Shown: positions 37,897-45,092 of the stretch, piece by piece
Numbering within the stretch: the stretch's first letter is position 1
Layout of the letters: each line of letters opens with the position of its first letter
IMG/VR virus record: IMGVR_UViG_3300022173_000041
Span: 9,678 to 73,677 of that record
Reading direction: 5' to 3' (one strand)
From: a virus
Taxonomy: Duplodnaviria; Caudoviricetes
DNA length: 64,000 nucleotides
Notes under the pieces: model-generated
What the model was told of the DNA's origin: nothing
Seen by the model: the letters and a program-made list of their open reading frames with translations, nothing else
The model's database searches: none
Position numbers and translations under genes: made by a program

Positions 37897-38820
37897 TCAG
37901 AAGTCGGCGTATTCGCCTGCATCTGCAACCATATCAGCCACTTGCAAGTCCAAGTGATCTAGCTCAATTGTCTTTGCAAGTATTTTCTTGCCCATTCTGA
38001 TATAGTCCTTGCGGTCAATCTCAGAATTTCGCAATTGATCGGCGGTTATCCATGACAGTCTGGCAATTTGGTTAGCCATCTCATTGATCTCTTTATTGTT
38101 GGTCACGTTCATGGCAAAGAGTATCGTGGATATCTCACTTAGATTGATGAGAAGACTGTCACGAATGATTTTGCCGTCTGCCTTGGTTTTGAAAGCTTCA
38201 AGGCGTTCGACAAAGTTTTCGACCATGCCTCTGGCACGTTGGACCGCATCATGAGCGGCGCCTTTTAGGCGCGTTTCAATCTCCAGCCTCATTGTGTCAG
38301 TGGCTCTTTTGACCGCATCTTCTGCAATGTTTGCTACGAAGTTGGAAGTTTGCGGAATAGGCCAATAGGTCAACTTGTAGGAAAACATCTCGCGAGCCCT
38401 CTTGATTGAGGGATATTCCTGACGATCAAACAAATCGCCAAGTTCTCGCTCACTGTCTGCGACAAGCCCGGGATAGACCTGTAGATATTCTTCCCATGCT
38501 GCACGCAATTCCGCTTCAGCATCGATCATTTTCGTGCGGAACATTTCTTCCAAGTCAGTTGGCAGCAATCGTGACTTATCGTCACCCCATGGCATGGTGT
38601 ACTTATACAGTACCTCACGAACACGCTGGGACGCGGCCACAACCGCTTTGACCTTTGGCTGTTTACGGTCAATCAAGAACTTGCTGGCTTTGGCGCGATT
38701 GGTATTAAGCTTGAACTTTCTTTCCACATATCCTGTGGCTGTCTTATCGCGCCTTTCACCTAGCAAGCCGCCGTTAACAATGGTTACAGATACAAGCATT
38801 GCGGATTTGGCTAGGTCCAT
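37897..38820 (-). CDS. DUF3150-like protein (accompanies MoxR/VWA)
   Basis: AMLVSV, KASKFLID, YKYTMPWGDDKSRLLP, YP..VADSERELGDLFDR.EYPS. Confidence 0.6.
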   Translation of the reverse strand: MDLAKSAMLVSVTIVNGGLLGERRDKTATGYVERKFKLNTNRAKASKFLIDRKQPKVKAVVAASQRVREVLYKYTMPWGDDKSRLLPTDLEEMFRTKMIDAEAELRAAWEEYLQVYPGLVADSERELGDLFDRQEYPSIKRAREMFSYKLTYWPIPQTSNFVANIAEDAVKRATDTMRLEIETRLKGAAHDAVQRARGMVENFVERLEAFKTKADGKIIRDSLLINLSEISTILFAMNVTNNKEINEMANQIARLSWITADQLRNSEIDRKDYIRMGKKILAKTIELDHLDLQVADMVADAGEYADF

Positions 38821-38835
38821 TTGTATTCTCCCTCT

Positions 38836-38883
38836 TGAGCGTAGGCGCTCATCACTGAGGCTTGTAAGCCTCAGGACATGAAC
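38836..38883 (-). promoter_or_regulatory. Intergenic hairpin element E4
   Basis: GUUCAU-GUC-[CUGAGGCU UACA AGCCUCAG]-UG-AUGAGC-N6-GCUCA-AGAGGG. Confidence 0.8.
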
Positions 38884-38884
38884 G

Positions 38885-39049
38885 TCATATTTGAGCAGTC
38901 ATTGCGCCTGCTACGGCGGCAAAGAATACTGTGCTGTAGTATTCTCGTTGATGGGTCCATCCAAATAGGTAGTCAAAACCTAACCAGACAACCATTACAA
39001 AGCCGCCCCAGAACAAGCTTCTGCCTAGTCTTTCAAAGAACGGCGCCAT
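38885..39049 (-). CDS. Small two-TM membrane protein
   Basis: 54 aa MAPFFERLGRSLFWGGF..; TAATG coupling. Confidence 0.6.
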   Translation of the reverse strand: MAPFFERLGRSLFWGGFVMVVWLGFDYLFGWTHQREYYSTVFFAAVAGAMTAQI

Positions 39050-39450
39050 TAGTGCAACGTTCGCGCTGCTACTGGGGATTTCTTTTTCCCGCATTTGCAG
39101 ATTGCGTCGTGGCACTGGAGCGCGATGTCTCCAGCGTCTTCCTCATCCAGATTGCCCAGTTGGGCAGCCATGGCCATGAATGCAGGTATTGCATCATGGG
39201 GAAGCTTGAGGCTTTCCAGCAAGCGCTTTGATTTGGCGATTGCGTAATTGCCTACCTTGGTAGGAGCGTCACCGATTTCCTTGGTTTCTGCAAAGAACGG
39301 CATGATAACAAGGAAGCGATAGAAACTCTCATCAGTGGCGCCCCAGATAGGGAACAACTCTGCGAGACAACGCTTTGAAAACGTCACGCCATTAAGGCGA
39401 AACGCATGCGCTGTTTCGTGAATATCAACCTTGATTGCACTTGTAGTCAT
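39049..39450 (-). CDS. Hypothetical protein
   Basis: 133 aa; AAGAGGG RBS. Confidence 0.7.
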   Translation of the reverse strand: MTTSAIKVDIHETAHAFRLNGVTFSKRCLAELFPIWGATDESFYRFLVIMPFFAETKEIGDAPTKVGNYAIAKSKRLLESLKLPHDAIPAFMAMAAQLGNLDEEDAGDIALQCHDAICKCGKKKSPVAARTLH

Positions 39451-39466
39451 GATATCTCCCTCTTAT

Positions 39467-39513
39467 TGAGCAAAATGCTCACCATTACAGCCCGTAGGCT
39501 GTAAGCCGTGAAC
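39467..39513 (-). promoter_or_regulatory. Intergenic hairpin element E5
   Basis: GUUCAC-GGC-[UUACAGCC UACG GGCUGUAA]-UG-GUGAGC-N5-GCUCA. Confidence 0.8.
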
Positions 39514-39514
39514 A

Positions 39515-39952
39515 CTAGCGAAACTTTGAGCGGCCCTTGATGAGCTTCTCAATGGTTTCTTTGGCGTAGTATGGATCAAGTAACCCATAATAACCGTTGA
39601 GCAGTGTGGCCCGCTTCAGGTAGCGAGTAGAGAATTCAACTCCGAAATAGTCAGAGTGAATTCGCTTCTCTGGATTTGTTTCTGACCATGTTGGGTCAAT
39701 GATAAATCCATTTTCATCAACGACCCAAGCATGCTGCAAAGCCACGCCATGAACGCACGCATAGCCTTCAACGTATTTGAGCTTACTATTGTCGATAGCC
39801 ATTAGCGTTGCATTCATGAAGCATAACCCCGCTTCCATGCGCTTGCCCTCATACGTCTTTGGGCCAATTTCAAATGGCCTTCCGTGTTTGAGGACAAAAC
39901 GATCTATAGGGGAATGCTGTGCAGTGAACGCAAGATATTCTTTCGTGTTCAT
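39515..39952 (-). CDS. Putative transglutaminase/papain-fold protein
   Basis: CFMNA...YVEGYA...QHAWVV...IIDPTW: Cys-His-Asp in triad order. Confidence 0.55.
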   Translation of the reverse strand: MNTKEYLAFTAQHSPIDRFVLKHGRPFEIGPKTYEGKRMEAGLCFMNATLMAIDNSKLKYVEGYACVHGVALQHAWVVDENGFIIDPTWSETNPEKRIHSDYFGVEFSTRYLKRATLLNGYYGLLDPYYAKETIEKLIKGRSKFR

Positions 39953-40118
39953 CTATGGATTGCTCCAATCTTGATGAGTTCATTCGCGCGCCGTCCATAC
40001 ATACCCTGTAGAGACCACGCTAGGCCGGTATCGACAAGCTTCTGGAAGAACGTTTCTTCACGTTCCTCGTGTCCATCTCGCCGTTTTCCCAAGCCATGAT
40101 ATCGTCAATGTCAGGCAT
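39949..40118 (-). pseudogene. Small phage gene split by a 1-nt frameshift
   Basis: [16 protein letters not shown] in one frame, [40 protein letters not shown] in another; 170 nt; both ends coupled to neighbours. Confidence 0.65.
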
Positions 40119-40317
40119 CGGCCTTCTCCTCAGGAACGCCACTTGCTTCAAGGAAGCGAGCGCGATCAAAGTTGGAGTTGGTCAATTCCAGTGCATCAGC
40201 GAATGCGCGTGCAACAACTGGGGTTAAGCCTTCCATATCTTCATATGTAGAAAGCTTCGCTAGGACATCCGCGATTATTTCGAAATGCCCGCGCTGCATA
40301 TTTACACTTCTTGCCAT
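40111..40317 (-). CDS. Hypothetical protein
   Basis: MARSVNMQRGHFEIIADVL...FADALELTNSNFDRARFLEASG. Confidence 0.7.
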   Translation of the reverse strand: MARSVNMQRGHFEIIADVLAKLSTYEDMEGLTPVVARAFADALELTNSNFDRARFLEASGVPEEKADA

Positions 40318-40335
40318 AATGGTTTTCCCTCTCAT

Positions 40336-40390
40336 TGAAGCATAAGCGCTTCGTGCTGGCGCCGGGATTATTCGGCGCCAGTGTCGAAAT
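40336..40390 (-). promoter_or_regulatory. Intergenic hairpin element E6
   Basis: AUUUCG-ACA-[CUGGCGCCG..CGGCGCCAG]-CA-CGAAGC-N6-GCUUCA. Confidence 0.8.
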
Positions 40391-40392
40391 GC

Positions 40393-40563
40393 TTACTTGT
40401 GATTTGGTTCCCAAAGCCAAATCAGGTTTGTTAGAGCATTCAAAATTCCAGCCTCAATCATAAGACTGGGATTATGAATGCTGATAATCGTGGTCGATGT
40501 TATTCCAATCGTAACGAGCAACTGGAATGCACGATGCTTGCGAACAACCATGAGAAAGCGCAT
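40393..40563 (-). CDS. Small membrane protein (56 aa)
   Basis: TGAATG coupling; two hydrophobic stretches. Confidence 0.5.
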   Translation of the reverse strand: MRFLMVVRKHRAFQLLVTIGITSTTIISIHNPSLMIEAGILNALTNLIWLWEPNHK

Positions 40564-40773
40564 TCATGCCTCCCCACCATCGCCTAGCACGACCATTGCA
40601 ATACCCATGATGAGCAGAATTCCGCCCATACCAGAGTAAAAGCCGTGGCCCTCGTAAAACACCCCGCCGAAATAGGCGAGATGAGCATAGCTGTGGCCTT
40701 CATGAAGCCACTTATGGGCATGGTGCCGATAGGCCCTGATCCTTGCCCGGGCGCGATCAATGAGCATGCTCAT
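40564..40773 (-). CDS. His-rich small membrane protein
   Basis: MSMLIDRARAR...HHAHKWLHEGHSYAHL...C-terminal TM. Confidence 0.55.
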   Translation of the reverse strand: MSMLIDRARARIRAYRHHAHKWLHEGHSYAHLAYFGGVFYEGHGFYSGMGGILLIMGIAMVVLGDGGEA

Positions 40774-40859
40774 TTGATAGCCTCCAGAACAAACATCAGG
40801 ACAATGAAAGCGAACCATGCGGGCGCAAGACGCCAGCTCAAGTCCATCAAATCATCCAT
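40770..40859 (-). CDS. 29-aa membrane peptide
   Basis: AAGAGGG RBS; MDDLMDLSWRLAPAWFAFIVLMFVLEAIK*; ATGA overlap downstream. Confidence 0.55.
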   Translation of the reverse strand: MDDLMDLSWRLAPAWFAFIVLMFVLEAIK

Positions 40860-40877
40860 GACAAGTTTCCCTCTTGT

Positions 40878-41010
40878 GGAGCACTAGCGCTCCTTGATGC
40901 AATCCAGAATGTTACAAGTCCTCGCCTGCCATTTCGTTGGCCATACTGAGAAACTAGAAAAATCAGCATGTTGACTATGCACATTGCGTCTAGTTGACAC
41001 TGGATTGCAC
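40878..41010 (-). ncRNA. Structured intergenic RNA closed by a long-range 10-bp stem
   Basis: TGCAATCCAG (40898-40907) is complementary to CTGGATTGCA (41000-41009); internal hairpins; GGAGC/GCTCC hairpin before the RBS. Confidence 0.5.
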
Positions 41011-41019
41011 TTAGGAAAG

Positions 41020-41241
41020 CTATGCGGCGCGACCGTTCGCTAAAACGGTGCGGCGCGTGGTATCGCCTTCCAAAGCTTCGATTTCCGCTGCAAACTTTTC
41101 AGCCTGCAATTCAGCCTCTGATACAGGCCGGTATCCATTGGGCGCACCATTGACAATGTTGCGTCGGGATACACGCGCGCCGTGTTCTGCCTGTTGAGCA
41201 TTCACAACGTCACGATATGAAGCATTGGTATTGACGGTCAT
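41020..41241 (-). CDS. Hypothetical protein
   Basis: 73 aa; AGAGGG RBS. Confidence 0.65.
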   Translation of the reverse strand: MTVNTNASYRDVVNAQQAEHGARVSRRNIVNGAPNGYRPVSEAELQAEKFAAEIEALEGDTTRRTVLANGRAA

Positions 41242-41257
41242 AACGGTTTTCCCTCTA

Positions 41258-41307
41258 TGAAGCTTAATTGCTTCATGCTGGGGCTTATTAGGCCCCAGTG
41301 TTGAAAC
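41258..41307 (-). promoter_or_regulatory. Intergenic hairpin element E7
   Basis: GUUUCA-ACA-[CUGGGGC..GCCCCAG]-CA-UGAAGC-N6-GCUUCA-UAGAGGG. Confidence 0.8.
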
Positions 41308-41309
41308 AA

Positions 41310-41579
41310 TCAGATTGCAGCGCTAGTCCCTGTGACTTCAGGGGCATTAGCTTTTGCAAGCTTTCTGACCTTTGCGCGTGCGGTGTTGAGCATGCTGAAA
41401 ATCCGTCGTTTGGTCTCAGCATGTCCAACTGCATTTGCGTGCGGTAGCGCCAATTCGAGCGCTAGCTTTGACGCGCGCCAATCTTCATTGGCTGCCAGAC
41501 GATCAGCCGTAGAAAGATGAATTTGCATCGTCATGCGGTGACTGTCTCGCATTGCGTCAGTGAGCAGTGGCTTGGACAT
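41310..41579 (-). CDS. Hypothetical helical protein
   Basis: 89 aa; AGAGGG RBS. Confidence 0.65.
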   Translation of the reverse strand: MSKPLLTDAMRDSHRMTMQIHLSTADRLAANEDWRASKLALELALPHANAVGHAETKRRIFSMLNTARAKVRKLAKANAPEVTGTSAAI

Positions 41580-41596
41580 GATATTTCCCTCTCTAG

Positions 41597-41645
41597 TGAA
41601 GCGTAAATGCTTCGTGCAGCGCTATTGCTAGCGCTGTGTCGAAAC
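41597..41645 (-). promoter_or_regulatory. Intergenic hairpin element E8
   Basis: GUUUCG-ACA-[CAGCGCUA GCAA UAGCGCUG]-CA-CGAAGC-N6-GCUUCA. Confidence 0.8.
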
Positions 41646-41647
41646 AT

Positions 41648-41839
41648 TCAGGAATGAGTGTAACCGTCCAGCTCAATTCCAAGCCACATGCCTGCCCATT
41701 TAATCATGGCGTAGTCGCGCCCGATTTGAACAGACTTGCGGAATTCGCGGTATGAAATGCGCTTATCGTTTTCGATGATAGGCGCACGGTCAAACACTCG
41801 TTTGAGCGCTTGTTGCTGGGGTTTGTTGAGGGTTGCCAT
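41648..41839 (-). CDS. Small conserved-looking phage protein
   Basis: QQQALKRVFDR...SYREFRK...W.GMWLGIELDGYTHS. Confidence 0.7.
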   Translation of the reverse strand: MATLNKPQQQALKRVFDRAPIIENDKRISYREFRKSVQIGRDYAMIKWAGMWLGIELDGYTHS

Positions 41840-41934
41840 TAGTGCAACGCCATAACCAGAGCAACGAGAGCGCCCAGATAGAGCGCCAGCGCAAACCAGT
41901 GCGTGCGTTCGGTGGGTATCTCTGAGATTTTCAT
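41839..41934 (-). CDS. 31-aa membrane peptide
   Basis: AAGAGGGG RBS; TAATG coupling; C-terminal TM. Confidence 0.55.
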   Translation of the reverse strand: MKISEIPTERTHWFALALYLGALVALVMALH

Positions 41935-41947
41935 GGTTTTCCCCTCT

Positions 41948-42000
41948 TGAAGCGTAAATGCTTCGTTCTGGCGCCCATAATTGAGCGCCAGCGTCGAAAC
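41948..42000 (-). promoter_or_regulatory. Intergenic hairpin element E9
   Basis: GUUUCG-ACG-[CUGGCGCUCA AUUA UGGGCGCCAG]-AA-CGAAGC-N6-GCUUCA-AGAGGGG. Confidence 0.8.
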
Positions 42001-42001
42001 A

Positions 42002-42109
42002 TTAGCTTGGGAGATTGTTACCAATGCGCGGATTAGTTGGCTGATTGAGCCAATAAAGCACGCGATTAGTCGCCTTAATGCGGCGTTTGGTTTGTTCCTT
42101 GCGCGTCAT
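42002..42109 (-). CDS. 35-aa basic peptide
   Basis: MTRKEQTKRRIKATNRVLYWL..; its stop directly precedes E9. Confidence 0.45.
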   Translation of the reverse strand: MTRKEQTKRRIKATNRVLYWLNQPTNPRIGNNLPS

Positions 42110-42113
42110 GGTA

Positions 42114-42299
42114 TCAAACCGCGTAGTCTGACGCGGTAAGCTGCCATGCATTCCGCAAGGCGTTGGGCTGACGGTATACCGTCACGCTACCGTGACGGTG
42201 CAACACTTCCTTAGCGCCGTATGTCCTGACGGGATTGTGAAACGTCCTGCCATGATCAGAAGCGCTAGAAAGGTTCGCTAAGCCGTTGTCCGTTGTCAT
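42114..42299 (-). CDS. Hypothetical protein, first leftward early gene
   Basis: 61 aa; AAGAGGG RBS. Confidence 0.6.
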   Translation of the reverse strand: MTTDNGLANLSSASDHGRTFHNPVRTYGAKEVLHRHGSVTVYRQPNALRNAWQLTASDYAV

Positions 42300-42390
42300 G
42301 ATAAGTTTCCCTCTTATCGGCAAAATTGCCTAATAGCTTGCCCTGCTAGCCCCTTGTGAGGGCTAATCAGAGCAAGCCAATTGGTAGTTT

Positions 42391-42428
42391 AGAAGAGGAA
42401 AAGGAAATGAGGGGCCGCTAAGCCCCTC
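42391..42428 (-). terminator. Rho-independent terminator upstream of the leftward early genes
   Basis: GAGGGG/CCCCTC stem followed on the minus strand by ATTTCCTTTTCCTCTTCT. Confidence 0.6.
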
Positions 42429-43190
42429 CCATGTTATGCCAAGTGCAATGCTTGATAATCATCCTAGACTATCAACGAAGCGATGGTTTGCCCCGCCCGG
42501 CTTACAAGCTATTGTCTGGTTAGCGTCACGCCTTAAGCGCTAAGCCTGCCATATCGTCGCCTTGCGGCTGATAATCAGGAGAAGGTCGCGCCCGCCATGG
42601 TTACTTTCGGACCGCTACACTGGGACGCTATGCCCATATCGCGAAAGGCTTGATGCCTGTCCTATCCTAGCCACGGTCCAGAGTTGGCACGTTGCTTGCG
42701 AAATTATGGTAAGTCTCAAACGGTTATCTGTCCCATTTGTCCGGTCCTCCGGATATCAGTAGCCACTCGCTATGGCCCCGATTTGCCAGCGCCTTGTCAG
42801 GCTGGCGGCGTATTCTCAGAAGCGTCTATCTCAGTACCTCAGTTCGTTTCAGTCCTCAGAACATAAGGCTTGGTACCAATCCAGTTAGTGGGTCTAACGC
42901 ATGGCTGATATGCATTCCCGCATACCTCCATTGCCAAGCCTCTATCCATGCCAAATGAAAAACCGCAACGTTCCCCAATGGATAGACGCGCTCCACAAGC
43001 CCCTAGGAAGCCCATAGAGAGGGATAAACAAGACAGACTGACCTAGATCGCCCTAAAGAAATATCGCCCTCACAGCCTTACGCCCGCCATATGCACGATA
43101 CCGGGCAGATGGACCATAATCCTAGCGATAGGAATACAAGGCAGAAAGGCTAGGAAAACCGCCTCTCGTCGCACGTTCCCCTGATACCCA

Positions 43191-43608
43191 CATGCGAACC
43201 ATTCGCATGTGGAACAGCCCCTAGAACGCGATACGACGCGCGCCCATGAGCGATCATGTCGGCGCTACCTAGCATCGCCCGAAATGCCCAACTCACCCAT
43301 GGCCACGCCACGCAATGTTGCACCGCAACACCTATGCACCTAGCGCATAGCTCTGCCTAGATTGTGCCACAGTTCCAATGCGTTAGACGCATAGCTCTGG
43401 TATGCATAAACCGCATGGCTACCTGCGAACCACTCGCAACAAGGACCATGCCAAGCCCCCCTCCCCCCATGCATAGCTGGTATGCGTATATGCATGGCTC
43501 ATCCACATGCGAACCATTCGCATCAAGCATCGTGCCACTAGCTATGCACTGCACGCACTGCACCTATGCGCTCCACGCATGGCTAGGTGCTAATGAGAAT
43601 CATTCGCA
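43191..43608. repeat. Four copies of a 7-1-7 inverted repeat TG(C/A)GAAY-C-AYTCGCA
   Basis: Copies at 43193, 43424, 43508, 43594. Confidence 0.65.
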
Positions 43609-43718
43609 AGAAGGGACCCGACCGGGTGGGGGGCCGCTATCGGAGAGGCCGGGCCGGGGCTGAGCCTTCTCTGCCCTCTCTCCTTTATGAGAAATTTTAG
43701 ATCAACCCCCATTGTATT

Positions 43719-43777
43719 GTAACGCCATGTAACACATCTTGTAACGCAACGTAACGCAAACTGTAACGCGGTGTAAC
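43719..43777 (+). repeat. Six helically phased GTAAC repeats
   Basis: Starts at 43719, 43729, 43741, 43751, 43763, 43773. Confidence 0.85.
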
Positions 43778-43792
43778 AGGGGTTTAGAGGTA

Positions 43793-44032
43793 ATGGATTA
43801 CGAGAAGGAAGTGGAGCTTATAGCTCAGCTACGAAGGGATATGCCTCGTAATGGGGTGGTGATGTCGTTGTGTGATTTTGCGGAAAAATGTTTGGGGTCG
43901 AAACCCAAGATGTCTGAGGTTGAGCGGCGCCAGAAGAATGCTGAGCGGGTGAAGCGGTGGCGACGGAGTAAGGGTCTTGTCGGGGGAGAGGTTATTGAGA
44001 TTTCTACAAATCCGTTTGAGGGGGACACGTAA
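43793..44032 (+). CDS. Small basic protein, possibly DNA-binding
   Basis: RRQKNAERVKRWRR; first rightward gene. Confidence 0.65.
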   Translation: MDYEKEVELIAQLRRDMPRNGVVMSLCDFAEKCLGSKPKMSEVERRQKNAERVKRWRRSKGLVGGEVIEISTNPFEGDT

Positions 44033-44298
44033 TGTCTTTGGCTTCACCGCCTGAGATTTGGGGTCAGGTTCATGGGCGGTTTCAGGAGATTTATGCTGCT
44101 GACAATGTTGCTGGGAACCGTATTGCGGAATTGTTTAGGGCTGCTGTGCTGGCTGACAAGAAGAACGAGCGTTACCATCATGAGATTATGTTGGAGGCGA
44201 TAGAGGCTGTGTGCCCGATCCGGGATGGGTTGGCTGATGCAGCTGACGAGTACGAGGAGTATTTGCGGGATGCAGAGGTAATGGAGGGGTTGGACTGA
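44032..44298 (+). CDS. Tagged small protein (EYEEYLRDAEVMEGL)
   Basis: 88 aa; YHHEIMLEA; coupled at both ends. Confidence 0.75.
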   Translation: MSLASPPEIWGQVHGRFQEIYAADNVAGNRIAELFRAAVLADKKNERYHHEIMLEAIEAVCPIRDGLADAADEYEEYLRDAEVMEGLD

Positions 44299-44564
44299 TG
44301 CCAGTGTTATCACCACCGGGGGACTGGAGGAGGGCATACAACCGTTTTATGGAGCTGCCTGATGATGTCCGTGAAGAGGTCTCGGCTTGTTATCGCGAGT
44401 TAACGGATACTCCAGCGAACCTTCAGAGGATGAACCATGAGCTGATGCTGGAGGCTCTGAGCCTTGTTATTATTCCGCCCGAAAATATCAGTGGGCTGGA
44501 TGCTGCGGCGATTGAGTACGATGCAGCGATGCTGGAGCTTGAGGTAATGGAGGGGTTGGGCTGA
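44298..44564 (+). CDS. Tagged small protein (EYDAAMLELEVMEGL)
   Basis: 88 aa; NHELMLEAL. Confidence 0.75.
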   Translation: MPVLSPPGDWRRAYNRFMELPDDVREEVSACYRELTDTPANLQRMNHELMLEALSLVIIPPENISGLDAAAIEYDAAMLELEVMEGLG

Positions 44565-44848
44565 TGATTAGTGACGATCTAGCCGATATCCGGAAGCGGA
44601 TACTCAACAGCAACGAATATATAAAAATTGTTAGGAAGTTGGTTGAGGACGCGGATAAAGCGAACAGCCTTCATGGGGGAATTACCGCGTCTGAGGTTAA
44701 CGACATTATGGAAAAGGCGCTGACCGGGTTTATGGCAGCCGCTTTTAACAGATCGTCTGCGGAGGAGAGGGCTGTGGAATACGACGAGGCGATGCGAGCG
44801 CAGGATATTATAGAGGGATTAGGCAATGCCGAGAACATCAAGTCCTAG
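44564..44848 (+). CDS. Tagged small protein (EYDEAMRAQDIIEGL)
   Basis: 94 aa. Confidence 0.75.
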   Translation: MISDDLADIRKRILNSNEYIKIVRKLVEDADKANSLHGGITASEVNDIMEKALTGFMAAAFNRSSAEERAVEYDEAMRAQDIIEGLGNAENIKS

Positions 44849-45092
44849 TGACTGGGAGCCGCCGTTTCAGGCAGCGATGGCTATCCGGAGGGATGATTTC
44901 AATACGTGGGTTAAGATCAGGGACGCCTACGCAGCTAAGTGCCGGTTGGATGTAAACAACGAAAAATACCATCACGAGCTGATGTGGGAGACATTGAACG
45001 AATATTCGGCTGGGGTTCCGACCGGGTTTGAAGTAGCCGCGCTGGAATATGACGAAGCCATGCGCGCTGAGAAGATCATGGATGGGTTGTGA
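44826..45092 (+). CDS. Tagged small protein (EYDEAMRAEKIMDGL)
   Basis: 88 aa; YHHELMWETL. Confidence 0.75.
   Translation: MPRTSSPSDWEPPFQAAMAIRRDDFNTWVKIRDAYAAKCRLDVNNEKYHHELMWETLNEYSAGVPTGFEVAALEYDEAMRAEKIMDGL

Noticed and set aside
38836-38883. GUGAUGA plus CUGA as box C/D kink-turn
   Set aside because: Present in only one of nine elements and explained by the shared stem/loop architecture
36534-42000. GTTTCGAC-type repeats as a CRISPR array
   Set aside because: Copies are hundreds of bp apart, separated by whole genes, vary in sequence while keeping structure, and no cas genes are present
34799-42000. Hairpin elements as hammerhead ribozymes (CGAAAC on the + strand)
   Set aside because: No CUGANGA core precedes the stem on either strand
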